Source: Octopus bimaculoides
Taxonomy: Eukaryota
NCBI RefSeq assembly: GCF_001194135.2
Contig: NC_068999.1
Span: 31,941,404-32,005,403 of the forward strand
Direction of reading: 5' to 3'
Length of the DNA stretch: 64,000 nt
Positions within the stretch are counted from its first letter, which is position 1. Every line of letters begins with the position of its first letter. Both the position numbers and the translations under genes were made by a program. The notes beneath the pieces were generated by a model. The model saw nothing but the letters and a program-made list of their open reading frames with translations. It ran no database searches and was not told the origin of the DNA. Positions 12,634-23,249 of this stretch are shown one piece after another.

Positions 12634-13995
12634 GTGATTCAAGACAAACTAATGATGGTTACCTCTCTAAAAGAATGTACTGGCATGCCAATAGAAAACT
12701 TGATGGAATTGTTGACTTTCTGCGTAGAAACTATCCACTTCAGAGTAGATACTGATATTTATCAACAGGAAGAGGGGTTAGCTATGGGTTCGCTATTATC
12801 ACCGATAATAGCCAATATATACATGGAATACTTTGAGAATTTGGCTTTAGGATCAACACCACTAAAGCCAACCCTACAGCTTCGATATGTTGATGACACC
12901 TTCATACTCTGGCACCACCAGGAGAATATCCAAGTACTACAATATCATGTGAACTCAATAAAGCCATCCATACAGTTCACAATGGAAAAGGACAATCAGC
13001 TAACATTCCTGGATGAATTAATAATACTCATTGGGTATAGGTTCAGGACATCTATATACTGCAAGCCAACCTTCACTGGACTATACCTCAACTTCAATTT
13101 CCATACAGTATTAAGAGAAGGATTGTTCAGTGTCTAAATCATTGAACAAAGACTATAAGTAGCGATCCTTATACATGCTAGGAAGAAATTATCAGGCTAA
13201 GAAACAATCTGCTTTGTAACAACTATCCAAAGAACATATCATCGACTCCAATTAGGAAGAGGAGGAAGGATGAAACCCATAAATTGAGCACAGTCTATCT
13301 ACCCTATGACAAAGGCCTCTTGGAAAAGATACAAAAGATATGCAGTCCTTATGACATCAGGACAGTATTCAGAAGTAATGCAACACTTAGCAAATATCTT
13401 CAAGTAAAACTACCCATAGAAGAGAACATGACCAAAAATTGCGTGTACTCTATCCCATGCAGCTGTGGTAGGCTATACAAAGGCAAAAAATGCCACCCCC
13501 TTAAAGTAATGGGAGAGGAACATTATAAAGCTGTGTTAGGAGAGGATAATCGTCAGAGAAAACCACTGGAAAATATGAAAATTAAAAGAGACTGCACATA
13601 TGCTAGGACACAATAACCTCTTAAGAAGACCTAGTGAAGATATGAATATAATGTGGAAACCAGTGTGAAGAAAAGATAGAATACTAGGTTTATAAACCCT
13701 AAAATTCACTCTATAATTGCCCACAAGCATATAGCATGAGCTACTAACCCTCAGATTCTAAGTTCAATCCTAGGCAGGGACTTGAAAAATAATATCAACA
13801 GAAAAATAACATCAGCAACATATCTTAGGAATGACAACAGTGTACCCCATTAATCAAATGAAGGGTTTGAAAATTCCACCAAAACACCTGATGAAGACTG
13901 GAGAGTGCATGAGCCGAAACGTGATAACAACAAACAAGATGAGGAAACCCATCCGTCCATTGTAAATAATGCACATAATTCCTCATCTCAAAAAT
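12634..13995 (+). mobile_element. 5'-truncated Penelope-like element (Penelope/Poseidon type), RT + GIY-YIG + 3' UTR
   Basis: RT: YQQEEGLAMGSLLSPIIANIYME...LRYVDDTF...LTFLD (12634-13137). GIY-YIG: NCVYSIPCSCGRLYKG (13284-13616). Frameshifted; hammerhead motif in the 3' UTR. Confidence 0.92.
13882..13925 (+). ncRNA. Degenerate minimal type I hammerhead ribozyme motif
   Basis: AACAC-CTGATGA(13888-13894)-A-GACT...AGCC-GAAAC(13916-13920)-GTGAT. Stem II has one mismatch and the cleavage triplet appears deleted. Confidence 0.6.
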
Positions 13996-14224
13996 ATAGT
14001 AGTTCATATATACAGTAGTTCATATATTGGATTAAGATGCACACACTAAAGCATTAGAGTAGTAGTATATTCAGAAAGTTGTTTGTTATGGCCAGTCAGA
14101 GGGTGGCCATTGCTTAGTTATTTAACCGACTCAAATGACCAGAGGCACATCACCTCTCTGCAACTGAAGGGAGGAAAACGTCATAGCCAGTTAATTTTGT
14201 AACCAAAAATTTCTGGAATGAAAT

Positions 14225-14478
14225 TCTACTAGTAAGCTTTCGGATAGGGTGGGGTTATCATGCTTACAACAGTTTTAGTGGTGTCTACAATGTTTTTTGA
14301 AGCTTGTAACATATTCCTTTTCAGCAAATGGGAAATTATATCTTTACAACAGGAATCTTTTCTGATGAGAGCATTGAGTAAACACTTCTTTTCTGGAGTT
14401 TAAAAAGGTCCATGGATCAAGTGAGCTTTCTAAGCCAAACAATGCTTACATCATTTGTTCCTGTTGAAGTATGGCTGT
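14225..14478 (+). repeat. Left arm of a roughly 240-bp diverged inverted repeat
   Basis: ...TTCTGATGAGAGCATTGAGTAAACACTTCTTTTCTGGAGTTTAAAAAGG...GCTTACATCATTTGTTCC...GTATGGCT matches the reverse complement of 15188-15458. Confidence 0.8.
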
Positions 14479-14519
14479 GCACCTAGTGTTAAAAAAACAT
14501 TAGTGAACACCCCTAAGCT

Positions 14520-15185
14520 ATGAAGAGATGCTCATGTAGGGTATACAAGGACTAGTGGTGAGTCAATGCGACCCTGGAGGGGTGGTTTATGAGGCTGAGG
14601 TGGTGACCTGCACTGGAAACCATAGTGGCAGCATTGGTAATAGCTACACCAATGGCACCAATGGCACCAATGGCACCAATGGCACATCTACTGATATCAA
14701 GAACAGTGACAGTATTGGCGGCAGTAGCAACAGCTACACAAGCAATATGTCAGGCAGCAGAGGCAGCAATACCAACAGCTACAATAGCAGCAACAGCACC
14801 AGCAATGCAGCCAGCAGTAGTAGCCACACCAGCAGCAACTGCAACACCAGGATCATGCCTGGCAATGGCAGCAGTGGCAGTGACACCAGCAACAGCACCT
14901 GTAGCAGTAACAATAACAGTGACAGCACCAGCATTAGACCCAGGAGTAAAAGTAGCAGTGTGAATGACAGCAACAACAGTGGCTGTAACACCACCAGCAC
15001 AAGAGCACAGACATGGAAATATGTCAGTTCCACAGGCAGCCACTTCATGCAGCATCTGAGTAACTACAGGTCCTCCTTTAAGATACTGGAGAGGTGCAGC
15101 ATCATGTCCTTAGTCAACTATATATAGCATCTAAAAGAGGAGAGTATACCATACATAGTTAAATGGAGGCTCCAAGAACAACCAG
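14520..15185 (+). mobile_element. PLE (Naiad-like) GIY-YIG fragment with long Asn/Ser/Thr-rich insert
   Basis: CSC...C..GVVYEAEV-[insert]-KYVSSTGSHFMQHLSNYRSSF...SLVNYI*HLKEESIPYIVKWRL. ORF 14555-15127. Confidence 0.82.
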
Positions 15186-15187
15186 AG

Positions 15188-15458
15188 CCATACCTCAAAA
15201 GGAATAAATGATGTAAGCTTTGCTTGGCCTAGAGTGCAAGGATCCACAAAAAATCATTTGATCAACCAACCTTTTCAAATTCCTGAAAAGAAGTGTTTTG
15301 CCAGTGCCCTCATCAGAGGAGATTACTGTTGCAAGCATAAAATTCCCGTTTGCTGAATAGGAATACACTACCAACTTCAAAAATTGTTGTGGACACAGCT
15401 GGAACCCTTGTAAAGAAAATAACCCCATCACACCCAAAAGTTTACCAGAAGATTCTAT
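15188..15458 (-). repeat. Right arm of the inverted repeat (pairs with 14225-14478)
   Basis: Reverse complement reads ...CTCTGATGAGGGCACTGGCAAAACACTTCTTTTCAGGAATTTGAAAAGG...GCTTACATCATTTATTCC...GTATGGCT. Confidence 0.8.
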
Positions 15459-17460
15459 GTCAACATGTCAGCAAAAGCATGCTACATGGTCCATGTGAGG
15501 GAGATAAACCCAATGCAACAGGTATGGTTGATGGGAAATGTAAAAAAGCATTTCCCAAAAAACTCTCAGGAAAACACATTACACACTTATAACCGCTACC
15601 CACTTTACTAGTGTTCAAATAATGGTCCTACATTTACAAAGTCAAATGTCAAATTAGATAATTGTTATGAAGTACCAGATTCTCCCTTCTTTTTTGTCAA
15701 ATATGGAGATCATTGTAATGTAGAGATCTGTGAGTCTGTAAAATCAGTTAAGTATATTAGCAAATATATTCATAAAGGTTGTGATCGGGTGACAGTCAAT
15801 ATCAGTGGACAAACCAATGCACAAAAAAAGGAAAAACACATGAAGATGAAATTGAAAATTATATTAATGGAAACTCTGTAGCCTCATCAGAAGCAGTCTG
15901 GAGGATTTGGGGTTTCAAATTATATGGTTCATATCCTCCAGGCCAACATCATACAGTTCATTCATNNNNNNNNNNTATTCATAAAGGTTGTGATCGGGTG
16001 ACAGTCAATATCAGTGGACAAACCAATGCACAAAAAAAGGAAAAACACATGAAGATGAAATTGAAAATTATATTAATGGAAACTCTGTAGCCTCATCAGA
16101 AGCAGTCTGGAGGATTTGGGGTTTCAAATTATATGGTTCATATCCTCCAGGCCAACATCATACAGTTCATTCATCCCAACAACAAAGTACCCCATGCACT
16201 TGATAGATGTGAGTTAACTGTGGATCACCAGCTAAGTCATTTGCATGTACGTTATACTATACTGATTTCCTGAATTTTACACATGGAATAATATTGAGAA
16301 AATGTGGCATCTCAGAAAATATAATACACACACAATTCAGAATATCTTTGTTTCACCAAAGGAACAGGAGAAATTCTGAGAGCTTTATTGCATCATATTC
16401 CTGGAGCTTAATCATTTGAAGGTATGAGAACTATTAATGGTGTAGTTTTCCATACTTAGAAGGAGGTTGCAATGAAACTGTGCTAAGCACATGATGACCA
16501 TGAATACTATCTAACTCTGGAGTTTGCAAATGTTTCAGCAACTCCTATCAACTGCAAAGACTTTCCTGCTCTGACAAATTATTTACAGTATTTAAAAGGC
16601 AACTTTGAGCAGATGAAATTACTGCTTTTGAGGTAGAAGATATCAATGACAGCATACAACTATATACATTACAATAACTAAACTTAATTTCAAGGGAAAA
16701 CGATTCAACATTAAACAATTCCCTTTCCTGTATGTGCACCAAACATGAATATATTCAGCATCAGTACAGGCAACTCACTCATTCTGCAAGATCTTAGAAA
16801 TTTTCCACAGATTGAAATAAAAGAGTTCCTTTGATGAAAATGTCAAAAATTAAATCAAAGCAGCAATCCAGATCATTAAAGAGGCAATTCATAATTCAAA
16901 AGCAGATAATTGCAGTCATAAGATTCTCACTGCTAAAAGTTTGTTTATTAATAGGCCAGGTGGGCCCAAGTAAAACTTTTCTCTACAGTGTCATTCTTTC
17001 CTCTGTCCACAAAATAGGAAAGATTGCAATAGCAACTGCATTATCTGCTTATAGCTGCATTGCTACCTGCTGGAGATACAATGGTTCATTTTGCTTTCTC
17101 TCTTCCCATCAATCCAGTAAATGGTATTACATGTAAAATATCCACGCCAGAGTGAGAAAGCAACTATATTTCAGGATGACGTTATAATACGGGGATGAAA
17201 TACTGTATGTCTCACAGGTTCCTCCCAGTTTCCTATTAACAATGGCAATGACAATTAATAAATGAGAAGGACAAATATTTTGAAGAAATTGGTTTATATT
17301 TACTAAAGCCTATATTCACACATGAGCGAAAATATGTTGCTTTCTCTGGAGTGTCCACAGAGTTTCCAAGATTAAACATATATATATATATATATATACC
17401 AGACAACAAACATTCCGAAAAGAATGTTGCTTACAAAGAAGTTTTATTCAGAAAGACTTC
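15455..17460 (+). mobile_element. Decayed, internally deleted Helitron Rep/Pif1-helicase
   Basis: MLHGPC...MVDGKCKKAFPK; HCNVEICESVKSVKYISKYIHKGCDR; helicase motif I-like IGQVGPSKTFLYSVIL...GKIAIATA (16831-17136). C-terminal GLYLLKPIFTH..YVAFS.V...NVAYKEV at ~17290-17450. Confidence 0.9.
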
Positions 17461-17917
17461 TGGCAATGAAATATGAAACCAACAATAAAGATTTCAGCCA
17501 TGCAGAACAGTAAACAGTATTTATCAACAAATCAGGCTTGGCATCATTTACACTTGTATTACAAAATATGGAAACAACAAACCAATCATTTGAAAAGCAT
17601 GGAGTGAATTTGAAGTTTGAAAGTAGTTTAGATTATTGTAAGCTGCTATAGCAGAAGTTGAACTATACTCAAACATATTGAGTATATAAACATCTCTTTA
17701 TCCTCCATTCTCACTTTCTATTATTTCCCAACTGGAGTAGCAATGTCTCCCTATCTTCCTCTTTAACTCTCTCTCTCTCTCTCCCTCCCCTTCTAGCCTT
17801 TTTTCCTTAACTTGGTTACCATGAATCCCTTCCACAGCAAGAAACTTACCCCTTTTCCTCTATTATACTTTTATCTCTCCCTACTCAAGGGGTCTTGCTC
17901 TTGAAAGTTACACTGGT

Positions 17918-18072
17918 GCTGGTGCCATGTAAAAAGCATTGGTACTGGTGCTATGTTAAAAGCACCCAGTATCATTCATTATCATCAACATTCAGAGTCT
18001 ATTAATGATGATGAATTATACTGGGTGCTTTTAACATAGCACCAGTACCAATGCTTTTTATGTCGTACCAGC
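17918..18072. repeat. Fold-back hairpin of SINE-A-derived sequence; 43-bp perfect core arms
   Basis: 17930-17972 is the exact reverse complement of 18018-18060. Imperfect extension on both sides; 13-nt loop at 17989-18001. Confidence 0.93.
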
Positions 18073-18159
18073 ATCGATGAGGTCTCCAAGTAACTCTATA
18101 AAATGATTGGCATTAGAAGGGACATCTAGGCAAAGAGACCATGAAATAATGCTACTTTG

Positions 18160-18345
18160 TTGGTGCCACATAAAAAGCACACAGTACATTCTGTGAAGTG
18201 GTTGGCATTAGGAAGGGCATCCAGCCATAGAAACCATGGCAAAGCACACATTGGAGCCTGACATAGTTTCCTGTCTTGCCAGCTCCTGCCAAAGTGTCCG
18301 ACCTATGCCAGCATGGAAAACGGACATTAAATGATGATGATGATG
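18160..18345 (+). mobile_element. SINE family A 3' part
   Basis: GGTGCCACATAAAAAGCAC...GGCATTAGGAAGGGCATCCAGCC...CAGCATGGAAAACGGACATTAAATGATGATG. Confidence 0.85.
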
Positions 18346-19227
18346 ATTATGAATTCAATTGAGAATGAACAAATTACATAATCAATAATGAAATCATACT
18401 TATGCAATAACTTTCTTAACACAACCATCTCCATCAAAAAGCAAAAAGATTCACTAGAAATATAAAAATCAGTAATGATATACAACAATAGACTCAAAAA
18501 CAAATATTCATCCAGGTACATACATCCGTTTTGCTTTAAGTTCATTAACTTTTTCATAATGTCAGTTTTAACAGTTTCTTTCAAAATTAGTATTACTTCA
18601 TTTATATTAATATTAATATTTTCAGATAGTGAATAAAAATTTATACAGTAACACAAGGAACAAACACAGGTCCATCACAACCATTATGAAGATGCCAGAC
18701 TTTCAGAGCATAATTTTTAGGATTTTCCAACGAAACAAATGTACCTGATGGACTCACTAAAATGTCTGGAATAATCTAGGGATTATACAATAATCTAAGA
18801 AAACCGATGTATAACATGTAATAATTGCAGTAACAATATATGCAAAAAATATATTCAGCAATAATTCCACCATACTTTAATAATACATAAAGTATTCCTT
18901 TCAAAAGTAGCCAAATCTCCCTTAAGCCATACCTAAAGAGTCAAACAACTGTCTTCAGATTCTCTACACACACCACCCTTCATTGAACACCATTCCCACC
19001 TGCATGCCATGTGTATACTATAGGAATATGTGATACAATGATATCAAATCAATGTAAAATATGTTATCTTAAAGGTAGCATATTCGCACCAGTATATATA
19101 TATATATATATATTCTCGTCTACGTTTTGTTTGCAATGTCCTGTACCCAGATGTGCACCTATACATACAGGTGGATGTCGGTATGCACATACCTGTACGT
19201 ATATATGCATATACTCATTTACTATTT

Positions 19228-19263
<36 letters not shown>

Positions 19264-19794
19264 NNNNNNNNNNNNNNNNNNNNNNNNNNNNNNNNNNNNN
19301 NNNNNNNNNNNNNNNNNNNNNNNNNNNNNNNNNNNNNNNNNNNNNNNNNNNNNNNNNNNNNNNNNNNNNNNNNNNNNNNNNNNNNNNNNNNNNNNNNNNN
19401 NNNNNNNNNNNNNNNNNNNNNNNNNNNNNNNNNNNNNNNNNNNNNNNNNNNNNNNNNNNNNNNNNNNNNNNNNNNNNNNNNNNNNNNNNNNNNNNNNNNN
19501 NNNNNNNNNNNNNNNNNNNNNNNNNNNNNNNNNNNNNNNNNNNNNNNNNNNNNNNNNNNNNNNNNNNNNNNNNNNNNNNNNNNNNNNNNNNNNNNNNNNN
19601 NNNNNNNNNNNNNNNNNNNNNNNNNNNNNNNNNNNNNNNNNNNNNNNNNNNNNNNNNNNNNNNNNNNNNNNNNNNNNNNNNNNNNNNNNNNNNNNNNNNN
19701 NNNNNNNNNNNNNNNNNNNNNNNNTCTCTCTCTCTTACTCAGTCACTGCTAAATTTGCAAGCTATGACCACCACCAATACTGCCTCTGCTAATG

Positions 19795-21054
19795 CAGGAT
19801 ACCCCAAAATTAAAGCAACTGAAGTTTCAGGTTTTAATAACAATCAATAAATATGTTATAAGATATGGAAATTATACATCATTATAAAAGCTTAGTATGT
19901 CTTCTTTTTGATTCAGACTAAATAAATTCAGATTTATAAATTAAATAATGGCTATAGACCGGAATGCAATCATAACCCTCCACAAAGGAGGTGATGGTAA
20001 AACAGCTCTAGCAAAAAGCTTAAAATTAACCAAAAAACAGTCTGGAAAATTGTCAAGAAATTTCAAGAGATTGGTTCCACTACTGATCAACCTGGATGTG
20101 GCCAAGAAAGAAGTGTGTTGACCCCTCAGTCTATCAAAAGTACCAGAGAAAAGATACAGTGAAACTGTCATCATTCCATCAGAAAACTGGTTGCTACAGC
20201 AAGAATAAACTGAACATCGATGTGTCAAGTGCTGAAGGAGGATCTCAGGATCACCCCTACAAAATGATCAGCTGTCATGAGCTCACACAAGTTTGTAAGG
20301 TCATGAGTTGGGAGAGAAGTCATCTTATTCTGCATCAAATTGTTGGAGGCATGTTGCCCAACCTGGTGTTCACTGATAAAAAGAGATTTGACATCAGATA
20401 GACATTAAACCATCAGAATGGTGGTTTACTGTCTGGAGTATATCTGGCACTGTCAAGGGTAGACTCGTAAATCAACGTCAAAATCCACTGTCAATTATGT
20501 TTTGCGTGTTAAAATTATATCCTTGGGTGTTAAAATTAACACCCAGCAATACATTAGTGCCTTTCTGGAAGCTGAACTGCTTCCATGTGTGAATGAGCAC
20601 TTTCAAGATGCAACTTGAATCCAACAGAATTCAGAACCATCCCACAGCTCCAAACAGACACAACACTGGATTCAGAAAAGCATTCCACCGTTCATAGGCA
20701 AAGATGTATGGCCCTCAAGAAGCTCTGATCTCAACCTGTTGGATTTTTATGTTTAGTCCATTTTGGAGACAAGGGTCTCAAACACTTTTCGTGCTTTGCT
20801 CAACACTCTAAAGTCAAAACTGTGCCAGGAATAGGCACCAGTTCCACAAGAGAAGCTGCGTGCTGCCTGTGAAGCATTTGCACCTAAACTTAAGGCTGTG
20901 ATTCAAAACAGAGGTGGTCATATCAAATAAATGTGGTAGTGTCATAATTATGTTTCCTTTATCATTGCATTGCAATGCTCAGATCCAAAATATAACAATA
21001 TTTTGCTTTGGTAAAATTGAAAAAGGTTGATTGCCTTAATTTTGGGACAACCTG
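19795..21054 (+). mobile_element. Decayed mariner-type (DD37D/maT-like) transposon, about 1.26 kb with TIRs
   Basis: 28-bp TIRs at 19795-19822 and 21027-21054 (21/28 match). Transposase remnants NLVFTDKKRF, GVKINTQQY, QQN(D>N)SEPSH...VWPSRSSDLNLLD with 37 residues between the last two catalytic positions. Confidence 0.88.
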
Positions 21055-21639
21055 TTTACATATAAACAAGCAAAAAAAGCTTCAATCTGCTAAAAACAGC
21101 CACCAACTCTCCCTCGAATCATATCCCTGAAAGCTGAGATGTGTCATGGCTGGAATGCCTTTCATCATAGTTGGCTTGGTTTGATTTGGGTTTAAATATC
21201 AACAACAATAACAATATGCATATTTCCTTCACCATTCCCCTTCTTCATGCTTAACACTATACAAAACATATCATTCATTTCTTCTTTCCCATATATGTAT
21301 CACTCTAGTGCTCCTTCATTCCTTTTCTTTCCATACTCTCCTTCTGCATCAACCTACAGAAATTCTAATTAAATATAAGCTGCATCAATTTCATCACTTG
21401 GAGAGACCACACAAAATATATAGCTTGAAACTCAGATTGATTTATTTTTTAATGATTAAAGAAATTTGCTAACAATATGGGTTTGGGTTCCATCCCATGG
21501 TGTGGCACCTTGGGCATGTATCTTCTGCTGTTGTCTCATGCCAGCCAAAGCTTTATGAGTGAATTAAGTACAGGGAAACTGAAAGAAGCCATCATGCTAT
21601 CACATACACACACATATATATAAGAATATATAAGAAAAG

Positions 21640-21790
21640 GCTCAGCAAAGTTCTGAGTGCTACGACCTCTGTTTGTACGAAGGGCCTCTCCCTCACAGTG
21701 AAATGCAGATTGTATGATACCTGTGTACATACAGCTTTGCTATATAGCAGTGAGACATGGACTGTGACTACTGATGATATGCAAAGGTAT
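21640..21790 (+). mobile_element. RTE LINE C-terminal fragment
   Basis: Translates LSLTVKCRLYDTCVHTALLYSSETW, typical of the RTE post-RT region. Confidence 0.7.
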
Positions 21791-21837
21791 TAAGAGAGTA
21801 TGGAAGAGGGATGGGGGAAAAGAAGATATATATATAT

Positions 21838-23245
21838 GTCAACAAAGAGGATTGTATCTCTTTGGCTATCGATCTCCAATAACCTTTTTATCTCATGGAT
21901 TCCAAAAGGCTAGCAGGAATTTCCTGAAATCTAAGCACAGTCTGAAAACCTCCCATTCTAGAGTTCAGGATGTTCCCTGGGTAGAGGGAGTACTTTAGAA
22001 TCTTTGCCCGTTCCACTATGCATAATTTTCAGCAATTGGTCCCGTTAATGTAGAGGCCTGGATTTTCTAGGATTCTCCATGATGTTGTCTATGGAATCCC
22101 ATTGTCTATCAGTTACCATACATGGCTGGCTAATGATGTGATGAATCTTCTTTCTGGTGTCCTGAAGGAGGATCTGTGGCTGGAGAGACATTTTTTGAAT
22201 GAGTCCCTGAAACAGCCGATGTGTCTCCCAGGTCAGGTGTTGGCAGTGGTGTGTCTGTTGGTGTTGGCGTCGCTGCCACTGCTGTTGTTGGAACTGGGGC
22301 TGTTGGTACTAGTGCTGCTGGTGTTAGCGTCATTGGAGGTGGCGATGGTGTTGGTAAAGGTGTCATTGTTGTTATGATGGTCATTGCCATTGATGGAGGT
22401 GTTCTCATTGCTGGTGTAGATGTCATTGGCAATGTCTCTGCTGCTATTTCTATTAGGGACACTGCAGTTGCTGTCGTTGCTGTTATTGTTGTTATTGTTG
22501 TTATCACTGGCGATGGTACTGCCACTGCTGCTATTGGACCTGTTGAGCCTGCTGCTGTATCCATAGCAGTTAAGGAAGCTGCTGCTGCTGCTGCTGCTAG
22601 GGTCAACCAGTACCTTGGCTTCATAGACGACCCCCTTGGTTTCACAATGGCCTCTCACTGGGCACCTGCTGCAGTCCCTGCATGAACATCCCGTCTTTGT
22701 TCATGGTCTAGGGGTGCTAGCTAGAATGCTCTTAATGTTAGGGGCACAATTAAAAGAAACCCTAAGGTTGTGAACTAGTGAAATGTTTATCTATTAACTT
22801 AAGGAATATCCTTCCTACAGACGTTTTTACATTAAGTGAGAAGTGGTGGGGGCAAACCAAATGATATTTCTGTGGCACTTCCTTCTACAGATGTTGGGGC
22901 CTAGCATGTAGGAGATGCAGTCCCTAAATCCGCTAGCAGCTTGGGTCTTGTTACAGTAGGGGGCTGCTGCATCAAAAATCTCTTGGCTGGAGGAAAGATT
23001 CATGATCCTTTTACTAACACCCTTCACCAGGTTTTTGAATATGATGGGTGTGTGACAGGAGGCTGTGTTGATGTACATTAGCCTCTCATTTGGCTTGCAG
23101 TAGGGCCTTATGTACTGGAGCCCAAATTGAGCAGGACATCTAAGAAATGTGGTGATGTGGTCGGTTTCGATGGTGATTTTTAATCCCAAGGGGGCAAGTA
23201 TGCTAATTAGATCTTTCCTAAACTTGTCTAGTATGTGGCCATTTG
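21838..23245 (-). mobile_element. PLE (Naiad-like) RT-thumb + Zn knuckle + GIY-YIG with Asn/Ser/Thr insert
   Basis: GLKITIE...YIRPYCKPNERLMYINTASCHTP...RNIIWF (22827-23189); GCSCRDCSRCPVRGHCETKGVVYEAKV-[insert]-RHIGCFRDSFKKCLSSHRSSF...LASHVW...WRILENP...KLC...LNSR. Several stops. Confidence 0.9.
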
Positions 23246-23249
23246 CTCA

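Noticed and set aside
14625-14963. Ala/Thr/Pro-rich mucin- or antifreeze-like ORFs (also 22130-22685, 23467-23826)
   Set aside because: Alternative frames of the PLE low-complexity insert; only the N/S/T frame connects to nuclease motifs.
15195-15437. Minus-strand ORF with a P-loop-like SDEGTGKT next to the Helitron
   Set aside because: It lies within the right inverted-repeat arm; the homologous left arm does not preserve the motif, so it is coincidental.
15767-16174. Exact 199-bp tandem duplication around a 10-N gap
   Set aside because: Identical copies flank the gap and the paralogous block at ~40065 has one copy, so this is an unmerged contig overlap.
20524-20545. Perfect 10-bp-arm palindrome TGGGTGTTAA-AA-TTAACACCCA
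   Set aside because: It falls on the coding motif GVKINTQ of the mariner transposase; no evidence of an independent element.
22029-22031. In-frame TGA at a conserved Cys (C*KLC), suggesting selenocysteine as reported for some Naiad PLEs
   Set aside because: Paralogues have TGT at this codon (23949-23951 and the 48495 copy), this copy also has TAA/TAG stops, the knuckle cysteines are all TGY, and no SECIS was identified. A consensus with TGA plus a SECISearch hit would revive it.
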